Positions 41,390-55,526 are shown, counted from the stretch's first letter. The stretch is 64,000 bases of DNA from Octopus vulgaris (GCA_951406725.2 OX597836.1:496001-560000), one strand, 5' to 3'. Translations and numbers: made by a program. The notes: generated by a model not told the origin, from the sequence alone.

Positions 41390-41890
41390 TACAAGATCTG
41401 ACAAAAAATCTATCAGGAATGTTGCTATACTAATGGATCTAATGTACACATGGTGAAACAGGTTGGTACAAGTTGACCTTGGACTTTGTTGTGCATGCAC
41501 ACCAAATTATAACGCTCTTGCTTCCATTGTTTATAGCAGTGCTTGCAAGTAAACTGTGTACAATGGGATTGACCCAGAAAGAAGACTGGATTTTAGCCGA
41601 ACAGGATTTCCTTGATTGTGTAGAGGAAGTTGAAAACATTTTGAAAATGGCCATAACAGGTGATGAATGGGTCTATGGCTATGACCCCAAAATCAAGGCT
41701 AAGTCTTTGCAGTGGAAGACTAAAGCAAAATTTCAAGACGTCAAGGAAATCCAAATGAATGTCATGAAGCAGCTGCTTGTTCTCCCAAAAAGGGAATTCC
41801 AGGAATGCTTCCCCTCAATGGAAAGTTTGTTAAAGTGTATAGCTTCAGGAAGGAACTTCTTTGAAGGAAATTAAATGCCAAATCAATAAA
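41390..41890 (+). mobile_element. Internally deleted mariner element
   Basis: Translates ITGDEWVYGYDPKIKAKSLQWK (first catalytic D block) and FQECF...KCIASGRNFFEGN* (mariner C-terminus); lies between (TA)n tracts. Confidence 0.85.
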
Positions 41891-42058
41891 TACATACATA
41901 TTTACATATATATACATATATATGCTTATACACACACACACATGTGTGTGTGTATATATATATATATAGGTAAATACATATATATTCACATGCAAGCACA
42001 GTAATATATAACTACATATCTAGATCTACCTATGTACATAAACATGCATATATTTGTT

Positions 42059-42129
<71 letters not shown>

Positions 42130-42266
42130 ATATATATAAATATGTATATATATTTATAGATATATATATATGTATACACACACAGATGCACACACACACA
42201 CACATGTATTTATATACAAAATTAGGGAATAGAGTAGCTTACTACACCTTGATCCTTTGATTTAAC

Positions 42267-42317
<51 letters not shown>

Positions 42318-42354
42318 CACACAAACACACACATGCACCCACATACATACATGT

Positions 42355-42815
42355 ACACGCTGTTCAGGTTAAATTCTGATATTTCGGTGAACAGTTAATT
42401 GCATTGGGGAACATCTAAGATTAAAGTTGTAGTTGAGAAAAAGTTAGCTGACATGGAGAACTGGAAGCCATGTGAATATTGGAAAAGAGTTACCTGTATC
42501 ATAACGATTCGCGCTGGGTATCAAAATGCCAACATCATGACTGCTGCTCAATGCTCTGCGAACACTGTAAAGGCTGTAAGATGTGACATGGACTGTTGCA
42601 GCAAAGACTACAAAGCCGTGTCCTGTAGAAAGGGACATAGCAAGTATTCTCATTGTCCATATGCCAGAATCCATGCTCACATGCTTGAACAAGGCCTTAG
42701 ACTCAATTCAGACAGCCATGTGAAGCTGCTTGAGACTGTGGTCAGTCCCTAGTTGGAGGGGGTTGCTGTGGGAAGGCTATATATGTGTGGCAGCAGGATT
42801 TGACTTCCAGCCATA
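42355..42815 (+). mobile_element. maT-like transposon fragment (5' part fused to a catalytic segment)
   Basis: GLRLNSDSHVKLLETVV.P...YVWQQD is homologous to the 34.2 kb fragment. Confidence 0.6.
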
Positions 42816-42967
42816 ATCTAGTCGTTATTGTTTGATTGTTTAAAATATATTTAGTTCCTGGACAGAATATTGTGTTTTCTTTTCCTTTTATGTCAAATTT
42901 AGCCTGAACACCTTGTATCTGCATATTTCTCTATATATGTATATATATATATATATGCATATATATT

Positions 42968-43016
<49 letters not shown>

Positions 43017-43096
43017 TCTATATAGATATATACATATATATATGTATGCATATATACACACATACACAAACACACACACACATGTATATATACATC

Positions 43097-43127
<31 letters not shown>

Positions 43128-43130
<3 letters not shown>

Positions 43131-43369
43131 AAAACAGTAAAAGGGGTACAATGAAGTTGCTGTGAGGAGTGGAATATCCAACATTTCGGATGCAATCCTT
43201 CGTCAGGGGTAAGAGAAAATGAGAAGAGAAAAAGAGAAAAAGGTAAAAAGAATGTAAACTCTGACTTTCTTCTCTTTTCCTCTAAAACCCCTGATGAAGG
43301 ATTGCGTCTGAAACATTGGATGTTTCACTCCTTACAGCAAATTCACTAAACCCTTTTTACTGTTTTCTT
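43128..43369. mobile_element. Palindromic element with a minimal hammerhead-like motif in each arm
   Basis: Arms 43128-43210 and 43287-43369. CTGATGA...GAAAC at 43291-43314 (+) and CTGACGA...GAAA at 43206-43184 (-). It abuts (TA)n. Confidence 0.8.
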
Positions 43370-43639
43370 GTTTTTTCAAGTCTTGCCGATGCAGAGCTAT
43401 TAGATCATTGGCTGACTAGCCACACACACACACACATATATATGTGTGTGTGTGTGTGGATATATATATATATATACACACACACATATGTGTGTGTGTA
43501 TATAGTATATATATGTATATGTACATACATATATTTATATACATACATATACATATGTATGTTTGTGAATGTATATGCATATATACACAAACATGCACAC
43601 ACACACACCCACATTCACATACGTATATATATATATATA

Positions 43640-43720
<81 letters not shown>

Positions 43721-43761
43721 ACATATATATATACACACACACATACATATATATGTGTGTG

Positions 43762-43798
<37 letters not shown>

Positions 43799-44179
43799 CA
43801 CCGTCCAACCCATGCTAGCATGGAAAAAGGACGTTAAATGATGATGATGATATATATATATGTGTGTGTGTGTGTATACATACATACACACACATATATG
43901 TATATGTATGTAGGTAACTGACTTCTCCCTCCCCTCCAAAACTGCTGGCTCTGGGCCAAATTTTAAAGCCATAATGATCATTATTATCATCATCAAAATA
44001 CTTAACAGCATTTCTTCTGGCTCTCTATGTTCTGAGTTCAAATCCCATTGAGGTCAAACTTGCCTTTCATTGTTTTGGGGTCAACAAAGTATTATCCTAA
44101 ATAAAGCAATGGGGTCTACGCAAGTATACAGTCACCTTTCTGAAATTTCTGGTCATTTATCTATATTACAAGCAGTTGC

Positions 44180-44230
<51 letters not shown>

Positions 44231-44290
44231 TGTATGTATGTATATGTATATATGTATATATATATATATGCATGTATGTATGTATATGTA

Positions 44291-44348
<58 letters not shown>

Positions 44349-44390
44349 TATATATATTTATGTGTATATACATATATACATATATATATT

Positions 44391-44436
<46 letters not shown>

Positions 44437-44482
44437 TATGTGTATATATATATATATAAATATGTATACATATATGTATATA

Positions 44483-44555
<73 letters not shown>

Positions 44556-44589
44556 ATATGTATATATATATATACATATACATAACTCA

Positions 44590-45790
44590 TTCTAATATTT
44601 ATAAGACTGTCTTTATATATAGAGGAAATTGCATAAAATTTGTGAGGTACCTGTAGGTATGATTTTTTGTAATTCACTTATTTTGGGGCTGCCCGGAATA
44701 TGGTCTACATATTTGTTTGCTCTTTTTGATATCATTCCAAGTACCCCAATAACAATAGGTCATGTTGTCGCTTTGATAGGCAACATCCTTTTGCTTTCTA
44801 TCTCCAAGTCCTAATATTTGATCAGTTTTTCAAATGCTTGCAGAGATGTATTTTTGTTGGCTGGGATGAAACATTTATCAAAAGACAAGTTTTTTAAGCA
44901 TGATTTTTCAGAATGATATCTTGTTAGTCTGAATTTCCTGATCAGTTTGAACATGGAAATTCCAACAGATGGTAACTTCAGTAGTCTAAACAACTTATGG
45001 TGGTTTATGTTCTCACCATTTCTCTTTGTGAGGGAGGTTGTATGTACAGAACTGCCCTTAACTCTATTGGTGCCAGCTGGTTGCATCCAGAGATTGTATT
45101 TGATTGTCTCTGGATGTTCTCTGCATGACGGTTCCTTTAAGGTTTCAGAACTTTACAGTGTAAGGCACTGATCGTGAGCAGTAATAATATATCTCTCAGT
45201 TTCTCATTTGAGATGAGAGCATATCAACCATTGTTGAGTAAGGGTTTGGTATATCTCAGGATTCCTGTCCCTAATCAGATATTGCTATTCAGTAGTTTTT
45301 GCTCTCATTTCTCCATAGAGTATTGGAAGTTGATGAGTTTGGCTATATTTCTTATTTGTTAAGGACACATTTTCTTTAGGTACTGGTTCATCAAGCTGCA
45401 TTTCCTAAAGGTATATTGTTGTATTTTCCATCAGTGAGTTCAACTATTTGGTACCTTCATGTTTCAGAACCATCTTTAACATCCAGTCATTTCTTGTGTG
45501 TAGGCAGAAAGTTCTATTGGTTGCAATTTTCAATAAGAGTGGAGATTGTATGAAACCCCAACTTCTTCTTTTCCTGAAAGGTATTCTTGATCTATGTCTG
45601 CTTTTGGGTGATGCTCATTTGTGTGATCAACTTTGTAGATCTCAGAGATGGGAAAGTTTATAACATTGAAGCTGTATGTGATTACAGGCATGGATAACAA
45701 GCTTATGGCTTCAATTCTGTTTCTGAAATTCTATGCGGTTTCCAGAATCACAGTTACTCAATGACAGCATTCTTTTCTTGTCTTTTCTCT
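44590..45790 (-). mobile_element. Degenerate R4/Dong-like non-LTR retroelement (restriction-like endonuclease type)
   Basis: Minus-strand remnants include DQCL, a CCHC-like ETI...SGC..LA, W.F.VQTD....RY and DLEIE..RM....PIVIG.LGMI.....IPG.P.I.ELQK...GT, with many stops. Confidence 0.65.
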
Positions 45791-46505
45791 CATTAGAGAC
45801 TGCTTAATTCCATATTCCATCTCCTTCACAAATACCTAAATTCTTATAATTACCCTCAGGTTTTAATTCTTTTATTTTGGGGTCTCTAGCAAGATGATGT
45901 CTCAATAAAAATATCAGTCTTTGTGGAACCTTACAGACAAATCTATCAAACCTTAATGGCAACAAATCAGAATTTATACCAGACTGGTTGTTGCCTGGGT
46001 CAACAAGCACTGCATCACCCTGAAAGGAGTCAGTCATTTCAGAAGCCATATTGAGGCAGTAATCAAGGCTGGTGTGTGTGTGTGTGTGTGTGCACCTTTG
46101 ACTTGACATTATGTTACAATTGCATCATATGAGCATGACTATCACAAAAGCCATGTTGTTCATTTCCTGTTCTCCATGATGAAATCCTACTTTGCTTAGA
46201 AACACAAGAGGATTGGTAAGAGGAGGAACACTCAGATGCGGGAAAGCTGCCTTAACAAACTCCATCTGAACCATACAAGCAGAGAAGAGTGACTGTTAAA
46301 AGACGATAACAATGACAAGCAATTGTGCACATGTGTGTGTGTGTGTGTGTGTGCACGTGTGTGTGTGTGTGTGTGCTATAAGCATATATCTTTTATCTTT
46401 TGCTTGCTTCAGCCATTGGACTACGACTCTGCTGGGCAACCACTTCAAAAGATTTTAGATGAATAAATTGACCCAAGTGTTCAGTTTTATAAGCCTGAAC
46501 TGTTA

Positions 46506-46567
<62 letters not shown>

Positions 46568-47379
46568 TACGTGGTTAGTTTTCCCTGAATCAAACTATGT
46601 ACAGAATGAACAAATATTTCTTATGATTTTGAGTTCAGAAAACTTTGCTTCCATTATTTCTTTAAGAGAGTGTTCCCATTGCATTCACAGAAAGGAATTG
46701 TGTTTGTGATTCTGTGTGTGTGAGTTTACGTGTATATATTCCTAAAGACAATCACTTTACAGAGTGTACAGTGTTCTTTTTTTCTTTTTGCGACACCAGC
46801 ATTAGTGAGGTCCCCATGTGGCACACAAGTCAAAGATACCCTTCAAATGAAGGCTTACAGCAGAGAGAGAGGTAGTTTTATGCAACATGATGAAAGGTTT
46901 GGGATATAAAGGAGGTTGCTGGAATAAGTTTCTTCCTGTAGAGTAGACATGACTCCTCACTTTGTACAAGAATGGGTAAGAGTAACTAGGGAGGAACTGG
47001 AAAGAGAGATATAAAAATGGTGATAATGTGATGCTGGGAATGAGCCTGAGGTAGCAGAGGAAGAGGAATGGGAACGGTTGGTAAGTGGGCTGTTGTAAGA
47101 GTGTATGTGGCGAGTGAAAGACGGTGAGAGATGGTGAAGGAGTGCAAAGATGCTGGTGCATGATGAACAAAGGTTAAAGTGAAAGGATGGTTCCAGGTCG
47201 TAAGAAGGATAAGCAATATCAAGGAAAAGCTGGTCAAGTCAGCAGCTCACATTTAATTTCAGCAGTGGAATACTGCTGTAGTTAGATAGATGAAGGGTGG
47301 TGAGGATGTCTTAAAAAGGAAATTGGACACGGGACAGGGGCAGTTATACATACACATTGTGCTTGCAGAATCGCAATTT

Positions 47380-48180
47380 TTGCTGAGATGAGTCTTCTTG
47401 AGAAATGCATATTGCCAGTTATCCTGGTCTCCTCCTCTGCGTGGTTCAAGGTCCTGAAGTCAGTCTTTACTACTTCATTCCATATCCTTCGAGGTCTCTT
47501 CTGTAAGTTCCATCTATATTAAGTGATTGTCTCTTCTTTTACAACTGTCCTCATCCATATGCATTATATGTCTATATCAACACAGTCTTCATTCTTGCAC
47601 AATTACATCTGATTTCTCCCCAGTTTTTCTCTCTGCACATTTGAACCCTGTCATTCATAGACACTGACAATGTACACCCAATGGAGCATGTTAATGTCTT
47701 TTATCTTCAGTTCTCTCAACTCCTCTGCATTCAAGGCCCATGTATCATTATGCTGCATAGCATTTCCAAGTGCTACGCAGTCAGATTTTCACTCTGAGGA
47801 AATAGGCCTTTTTTTACCTGAAAGGGTAGTAGCTCCAGAAACTTTTTTCAGCCTGTTCTTACTCTGACAACTATACTTTCTGAACAACTACTTACATGCT
47901 AATTACATCTTTTAAGTAACAAATGCAATCAACTACTTCTAGTGAGACACGAAGACATCTAAGAGGATCTCCTTCCTGTTTGTCCAGAATACATTTTGTT
48001 GCATTGCATCAATCCACATGAGGTTTACTTTCTGTGACAGTCTACCCATGACTCGACTCTGTTACAGCCATCATTGGGTACAACATATAGAGTTTATAAC
48101 TACTCCAGTTATGCATACCCGACAAGGCCATTTCCCTGAAGATACTAGGGTCCTGTCTTTTTTCCAACTTATTAAAACCT
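47380..48180 (-). mobile_element. Old RTE LINE 3' fragment
   Basis: Diverged similarity to the 16-18 kb RTE across its C-terminal region. Confidence 0.55.
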
Positions 48181-49127
48181 GAAAACATTGTTTGCGTCAC
48201 AAAAAAAAAAGGACAAAAAATAGATTACAGACTAAAAATAGCAGTGAGGAGAAACTCACATCATGAGATAAATATTTAGTTGTAATAAGGTAGATTGTCT
48301 GTCTGTCTGTCTATCTATCTGTCTATCTATCTGTCTATCTATCTGTTTGTCTATCTGCCTGCCTGCCTATCTGTCTGCACGTGAGTATAGAGATATATAT
48401 TTGCATAAAAACACACACATTACATGTGTATATACTTTTATAAATACATATCTCTACATATATATACAGACAGACACACATGTATACACACACACACACA
48501 TATATATTAATATGCACATACATCTATATAATTGAAATATGTAGACAAAGAACAGCAGATCTTAATTATTAGCCACATTTCTATCAGTGGAACTCCGCTT
48601 CCAATGCCATTGCATGTCAAATGATTTCATGTGAAAAGTTACACAACACTTGTGGTTGATTACATTGGAGTGGCAATTCCTTAGATTTGCACTAAAAGGT
48701 GCAATCTTACATTATGTGATGGATGAGCATTGTATGTTGCTTAGATAGGGAATGAGTACTGAATAAGGATAAAAAATGGGCAAAACCAATTTGATGATCA
48801 CACGAAATATCAGAAAGAGAATAAGAAGAACATGAGGTGGGGGCGGGGGAGATGGCATGTATAAAAATGGGGCTGGCCATGATTAGAAACTAATTGCAGC
48901 TACTTATGAAGATGTGCTAAAAATCATTCTTCGTCTTATTTGGATTGTCTGTTCCCCATGGGGAAGATTCACCCGTTTGTTTTACTAGTGATAGACCTGC
49001 AATTTATACCCTAGGGATTTTCAATTTTCCTTAATATTCCAGTTTGAGAGTGTAGATAGCTAGGAATCCAGGTTGAGTGCTGCATTTGAAATACACCAAC
49101 TTTCTACCCAATCAGGATCCTATGCTA

Positions 49128-49199
<72 letters not shown>

Positions 49200-49318
49200 G
49201 TATGTGTTTGTGTGTGTGTGGTGTTTATGCAGAAATATTCACATATATATGTAGGTGCATATATATGGATATTTATATGTGTATATATATATATATATAT
49301 GCATATATCTGTAAATGT

Positions 49319-49772
49319 AATTTATGACAATTATTCAGTAGCCAAGATAAAACTCTGAGTTTCAGATGCTGAGGTGGAAATCCATGCCACCGTCTCTTCA
49401 GTTATCCGGCCATCAGAAAAACACTATGAAAAATTTTTCATAGCGTTTTTCCAATGGCTGGATAACTGAAGAGATGGTGGCATGGATTTCCACCTCAGCA
49501 TCTGAAACTCAGAGACCTCAATATTATGTAAATAGAGGAATTTATCGGTAAATTTGTGACAATTATTCGGTAGCCAAGATAAAAATCTGAGTTTCAGATG
49601 CCGAGGTGGAAATCCATGCCACCATCTCTTCAGTTATCCGGCCATCGGAAAAACACTATGAAAAATTTGTATTTCCATCTCGGCATTTGAAACTCAGAGT
49701 TTTATCTTGGCTACCGAATAATTGTCACAAATTTATCGATAAATTCCTCTATTTACATAATATTGAGGTCTC
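49319..49772. mobile_element. Four-arm tandem/inverted repeat with type I hammerhead-like motifs
   Basis: Arms alternate in orientation (about 49319-49436, 49436-49514, 49512-49668, 49671-49772). Full motifs lie on the minus strand at 49341-49410 and 49573-49642. Confidence 0.85.
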
Positions 49773-49828
49773 TTTCTTCTTTTATTATCTTACCATTTTT
49801 ATCAATATATATACATATATATATATCA

Positions 49829-49877
<49 letters not shown>

Positions 49878-50089
49878 ACCTACACATGTCAGTAAGGAAT
49901 ATGGATTTAAATGGTGTTGGTCAGGAAGCCTGAACAGCCCTTCAGCCAATCAGCTCCTGTAAAACTGTCCAACCCATGCCTGCATAGAAAGCGGACATTA
50001 AATGATGATGATTCTTGTTTCATTAAAATATTTTGTTTTTTGTATGATTTTATTTTTTGAAACTTTTATAAGTATTTAGAGTAACATCA

Positions 50090-50451
50090 ACATCAAAATT
50101 CAATGGAAATTGTAGTTGTGATCCCTCTACCGGTGACACATAAAAAGCACCATCCAAACGTGGCCAATGCCAGCGCCGCCTTGACTGGCTTCCATGCTGG
50201 TAGCATGTAAAAAGCACCAACTGATTGTGGCCATTGCCAGCCTCACCTGGCACCTGTGCCGGTGGCATGTAAAAAGCACCCACTACACTCATGGAGTGGT
50301 TGGTGTTAGGAAGGGCATCCAGCTGTAGAAACATTGCCAGATAAGACTGGAGCCTGGTGCAGCCTTCTGGCTTCCCAGATCCCCGGTCGAATCGTCCAAC
50401 CCATGCTAGCATGGAGAACGGACGTTAAACGATGATGATGATGATGATGAT
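50090..50451 (+). mobile_element. RTE-associated 3' tail element ending (GAT)n
   Basis: Same sequence as 18660-18998 and 31960-32455. Confidence 0.88.
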
Positions 50452-51634
50452 GTTTCCAGGTTCAATGCCACAGCATGACACACTTTGGGTAAGTGTCTTC
50501 TCATATAGCATCAAGCCAACCAAACCCTTGTGAGTAGATTTGGTAGATGGGAAACGAATGAAGCCTGTCATATATATACCCCCCCCCACACACACACGTG
50601 TGTGAATGTGTTTGTATCATGTGTCTGTGGTTGTCTCCTTCCATCATTTGACAACCCATGTTGGTGCGTTTATATCCCTGTAACTAAGCAGATTGGCAAA
50701 AAATACTGATAGAATAAGTACCAGGTTTAAAAAAAAATAAGTGCTGGGGTTGATTTTCTCAACTAGAATCCTTGACAGCAGCACAACCACCGTCTGCTGT
50801 GTGAAAGAAGGGAAAAATAGAGAAAGTAAGTTTGTGTGTGTGTGTGTGTGTGTGTACTTACATATATATAAAGATTGGGTATAAGAGGAATCAGGTGCAG
50901 CGTGCAGGAGAAAAGAGTGTGCTAGTGTGGTCATGTGATGCATATTGTTAAGGACAGCTGCAGAGAGGAGTGCCAGTTGCCTAAAGCAGATGGGTCCAAG
51001 AAGAGAAGTCCAAACAGACAAAGTGGTGAAGGTGGATTTCAAACTGTTGGATCTCACATAGGAGATGACAATGGACCATGATGACAGGTGATTCACTGTG
51101 CTCAGCAACCCCCACCCATCACATCAAAAAGACATATACATGTGTGTATACATATATGTACATATGTGTATATATTTGAAAAACTGAATAGAAATGTGTT
51201 TCCAGATGATCGTTCCCTCTTTAATGATTAGATGTTTATAAGTCATCAGGTGCTTACAAAAGTGACCGTGATAGGAGTTTCTCCCTTTAGATTGGTTTTC
51301 AAACTAATATTTTAGAGCTCGTTAGTCATTGCGTAAATAGGGAGCGTTTAATTACAAACACTCACACACAGACATATGCATATGCTTATACATTTACACA
51401 TATAAACACATATAAAGACAGGAACATACACATATGCATACACAAGTGTGTATATAAAAAAAGGAGCAGAGGGAAAAGGAGACAACTGGATCAAGAATAA
51501 GGAAACCAAACATACGCAGGGATAGAGTCTTCACACATAGTGTACATGCATACACATGCACAAATACACACACACATTCACATACATATATGTGTATATA
51601 TATGTATACACACACACACACACACACATACACA

Positions 51635-51669
<35 letters not shown>

Positions 51670-51671
<2 letters not shown>

Positions 51672-52000
51672 TAGGTAGTGGGTAGCAATTTTCTTCACTA
51701 CTTCAGGGAGTGATGACCCTGCCTGACACGAGTCTCAGGCTCAGCTGGCTCCGGCTGACAGTACCTGGTATGGGCCCCTATCCAGGGTTACAGAAAGGAG
51801 ACAACCTTCAAAGAAATCCAGAGTGGAGCCCTGTAGGCAGTTTAGTGTTTGACTCGACATTCTTCCAGCAGCTCCTGCAACCAAGCTGGTGCCAAATATA
51901 ATGCTCGACCTAGCTGATGTAGTCCTTTGGACTACGTCAGCTGGGTCGAGAGAGGAATCCTGACGATTGGGCTACCCAGGATTTTCTTACATCTAGCCTA
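51670..52000. repeat. GC-richer structured insert, probably a transposon UTR fragment
   Basis: Starts abruptly after (TA)n and contains a 22-bp stem hairpin at 51904-51950 plus a second stem aatcctg...caggatt. Confidence 0.4.
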
Positions 52001-52086
52001 GGTGTGCGCAAAACAGGAGAGGACATGAAATGTAAAAACCAGACTCCCGAGACAAAAGGATGCCAACAACAACAGCAATATATAAA

Positions 52087-52117
<31 letters not shown>

Positions 52118-55100
52118 GCACACACACATATATACATATATATGGAGTGCCTCTCTAATGTCAAAAACTGTGAACATTATGTAAATTTTCAGTTTGAATT
52201 TTTGTGTAAACTGGCATTGCAAGCAGAGTTGGTACAGAAACAATTGCAACGAATCATTAAAGATGTGTTAAAGAGTTTTCTTCGTTTACTTTATATTATT
52301 TGGATTACACACATACACACACACATGCACACACGCACCACATTTGTATGTATATATGTATGTATATGTGTGTGTGTGTGTGTACTATAGTAATGAGATG
52401 CAGGCCTTGAATGCTGAGAACATGCAAAGACTAGAAATAAATGAAGCTAGCATGCTCTATTGGATGTGCAATGGTCAGTGTGCATGAATGATAAATCAGA
52501 AATGTGTTAAAAGAAATACTGATCATAAGAGGGATTGGATGTAGTTTACAAGAAAGAATACTGCACTGGTATGGCCATGTGAAGTGTATAAATGAGGACA
52601 GCTGTGTAAAGAAGTATCAATTGCTCAAGGTAGATGGAAATTGGTGACCAAGTAAGAATCAGAGATAACATATGGTAGAATGATTAGTGATACATGGTGC
52701 TTATAAAATACACTTATCTCAGTGTTAATGAGGTTCAGGACACATAATATCTGTTTACACAATTGGGCCCCTTTCCTAAGTTCCTCATCAAATCTGCCCT
52801 CTTTCCATTTCTCATTGTCTATCACTGATCTGCATATCACTTACCCAACTGCAGTACATGAGGACAGAACTACATATTTTAACGTCATTTCTGGGATACC
52901 CATAATATTTCTCTCTACTGGGAACCACTTCACTTGACATTCATCCTCATTCTTATATTGTCACTCTCCACTCACATTTTACGTTAATCATTCTACCCTT
53001 TTCTGCCACCAAATTACTTCTTGCTCTCCACCAAACCCTCTCCATTTCACTTGCTTATCCCATCATACATCTCCCAGTTTGTCCACCATACATTGTCTCC
53101 CCCTTCCTCAGTCTTTCAATCTCTATTCACTCATAATCTTGCAACTTACTCACCCACGCCTCTATCCTACTGCTCTTCCCCTTCCCCTTATTGTATGATT
53201 CATTTTCCCCTTCACCATTTACTTCTGTCCTTTCTCAAACCCTAGTTATTCCCTATTCTCCCAAACCTTCCATCCAACCCCGGCTTATTACTGACCCCTC
53301 CATCCCCACCTCGATCTTCCTTCATTATTCCATATATTTGCATACCTACTCAATCTCTCACTATTCCTCCCTCATTTCCCCATTAGACTCTTGCTAGCCT
53401 CTCTCCCTGCTTTTCTCTCCATATCCTCGGATGTATAATGCAAACAGCTATTTCCTCTACGGCAAAAAACCGGTTCTAACCGTTTCCCTCAAACTCAAAT
53501 CTTTCATCACAGACAAAACTCTACCTGCCTCTTTTACCTCACTCAGTTGTTGTGTACCTGAGTCTTGCACGTTACATGACAACCTCATTAGTACTAATGC
53601 CATATAAAATTCACCCAGTACACTCAGTAAAGTAAGTGGTTGGTATTAAGAAGGGCAGCCACTCAGAAATTATACCAAAGCAGCCATTGGAGCACCACAC
53701 ATTCTTCTGTCAAACCAGCCAACCTATATCAGTATGGAAAATGAACTTTAGATGATGATGATGATGATGATGTGTGTGATCATACAAATGAATATAACAT
53801 CATCATCATCTTTATTCTTTTACTTGCTACAGTCACTGGATGGAAGTCATTCACAGGAGAAGCCTGGTGCAATGGTTTTAACTTGGGTGGCAGCGCCTCT
53901 TTTTGAAGGCCTTGTAAACTCACACAGATTCAGCAAATGTCAAGAAGGCTCAATTAAGGAAGATGTGTGAAGCTTAGTGGTGCAGTGACTTTTCTCAGAA
54001 ACAAAATATTTAAACCAGAGACAATATTTATATCTTAAATGAATGATTAAAAAAATTTTTAAGGATTAAAATATGAATATCACATTGTATTATTAAGCAG
54101 AAGATGGATGGTAGATGATGCCCAACATAATTTCAATATGTAAGTCGTCAATGTTAGTGATTTCCATAAACGTGTAACATAAGCAGCTCTAGTCCGTGCG
54201 AATAGATTACAAAAGCTGGAAGGGAGAGTATATGAAAGTGACACAGACATTGCAAGTGTTAAGTTTTGTCTGGTTAAAATAAACTGCTTTTTATGTTTGT
54301 TTTTTTTTTTTTCTCTCTCTCTTTGCAAAACATTTGAAGAGTGAAAGGTGGAGCTAAGCTCTGAATGCTTCAGGACCTGACTTCATTGTTAAAGCCAACC
54401 GGAGTAGTAATTTTTATACACACACACACACACACACACACTTACATATACATATATTTAAACACATACGTATGTGTCTATATAAATAAATAATTATATA
54501 TATATATACGTACATATATATGCAAATATATATGCATTATATACATATGCATGCATGGATACATGCGTACAGACATAGATACTGAAATGATGGCAAGAGT
54601 GCTGAAAGTTTAAAGTCACTATGATTCTGTCAACCTTTTCTACATATATAACTCGCTTGCCACACAAGATGCTATTTTAATAATACCATTCCTTCTTATA
54701 TGTATGAATGTATGTATATTTATTTTAATAGATACAATACATATTTTTATGTGCTACTAATAGTTTCCTACGTTGAGAAATACCTCAAGCGTATTCATCA
54801 GGTACATAAAAACATGTACTGTGTCTATTAAATAATACTTATCTACTAATACTTATCTCTCACTAGATAGAGTACTTTTTTTTTTATCTTTCCATCACAC
54901 AACAGTACATTATGTGCATGTGTGTGTGTGTGCATGCGTGCGTGCATGTATATATTTATTTATCTATCATATATTAGATAAAGCAGAATTCAAGGAAACT
55001 TAAGGTGATCTGTATCAGCAAGACTTGTATTATTTGGAGAAAGTGATAGAATGATGTATAGCTTGAGATTATTCTGTAGGATGAATGATATAAATAGTTT

Positions 55101-55210
55101 TGACAGACACCTTCTCTAGTAACTTTGTGGCAGCAAAACAAACTTATCCTTTCAACCAAACTGCACCTAACTGTGTGTATGTATATGTGTATATATATAA
55201 ATAGCTGAGA

Positions 55211-55361
55211 GATTAGAATTAGTCAAAGAACATACCATGTATGTCTACCTGCTGGAAATAACAGTCAAAACTCATATTTAAATCACTGATTCAAATAAGA
55301 GTTTTGACTGTTATTTCCAGCAGGTAGACATACATGGTATGTTCTTTGACTAATTCTAATC
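55211..55361. repeat. Near-perfect 151-nt palindrome
   Basis: gattagaattagtcaaagaacatacc...cagtcaaaactc a tattt a aatca c tgatt c aaata a gagttttgactg...ctaattctaatc; only two mismatched pairs, both near the centre. Confidence 0.95.
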
Positions 55362-55526
55362 CTTCACTATCTAATGCTTTTGGGGCCTGCAATCGCCTAT
55401 ATTATTGATTCTGTTATTACTATTTTTAATTGTTACACTCGATAATAACAAAGTCAATAATATCTACGCAAATATTTTCTCCCTGAATTATTTGTTCCGT
55501 ATGTGTGTGTGTATACATACATACAT

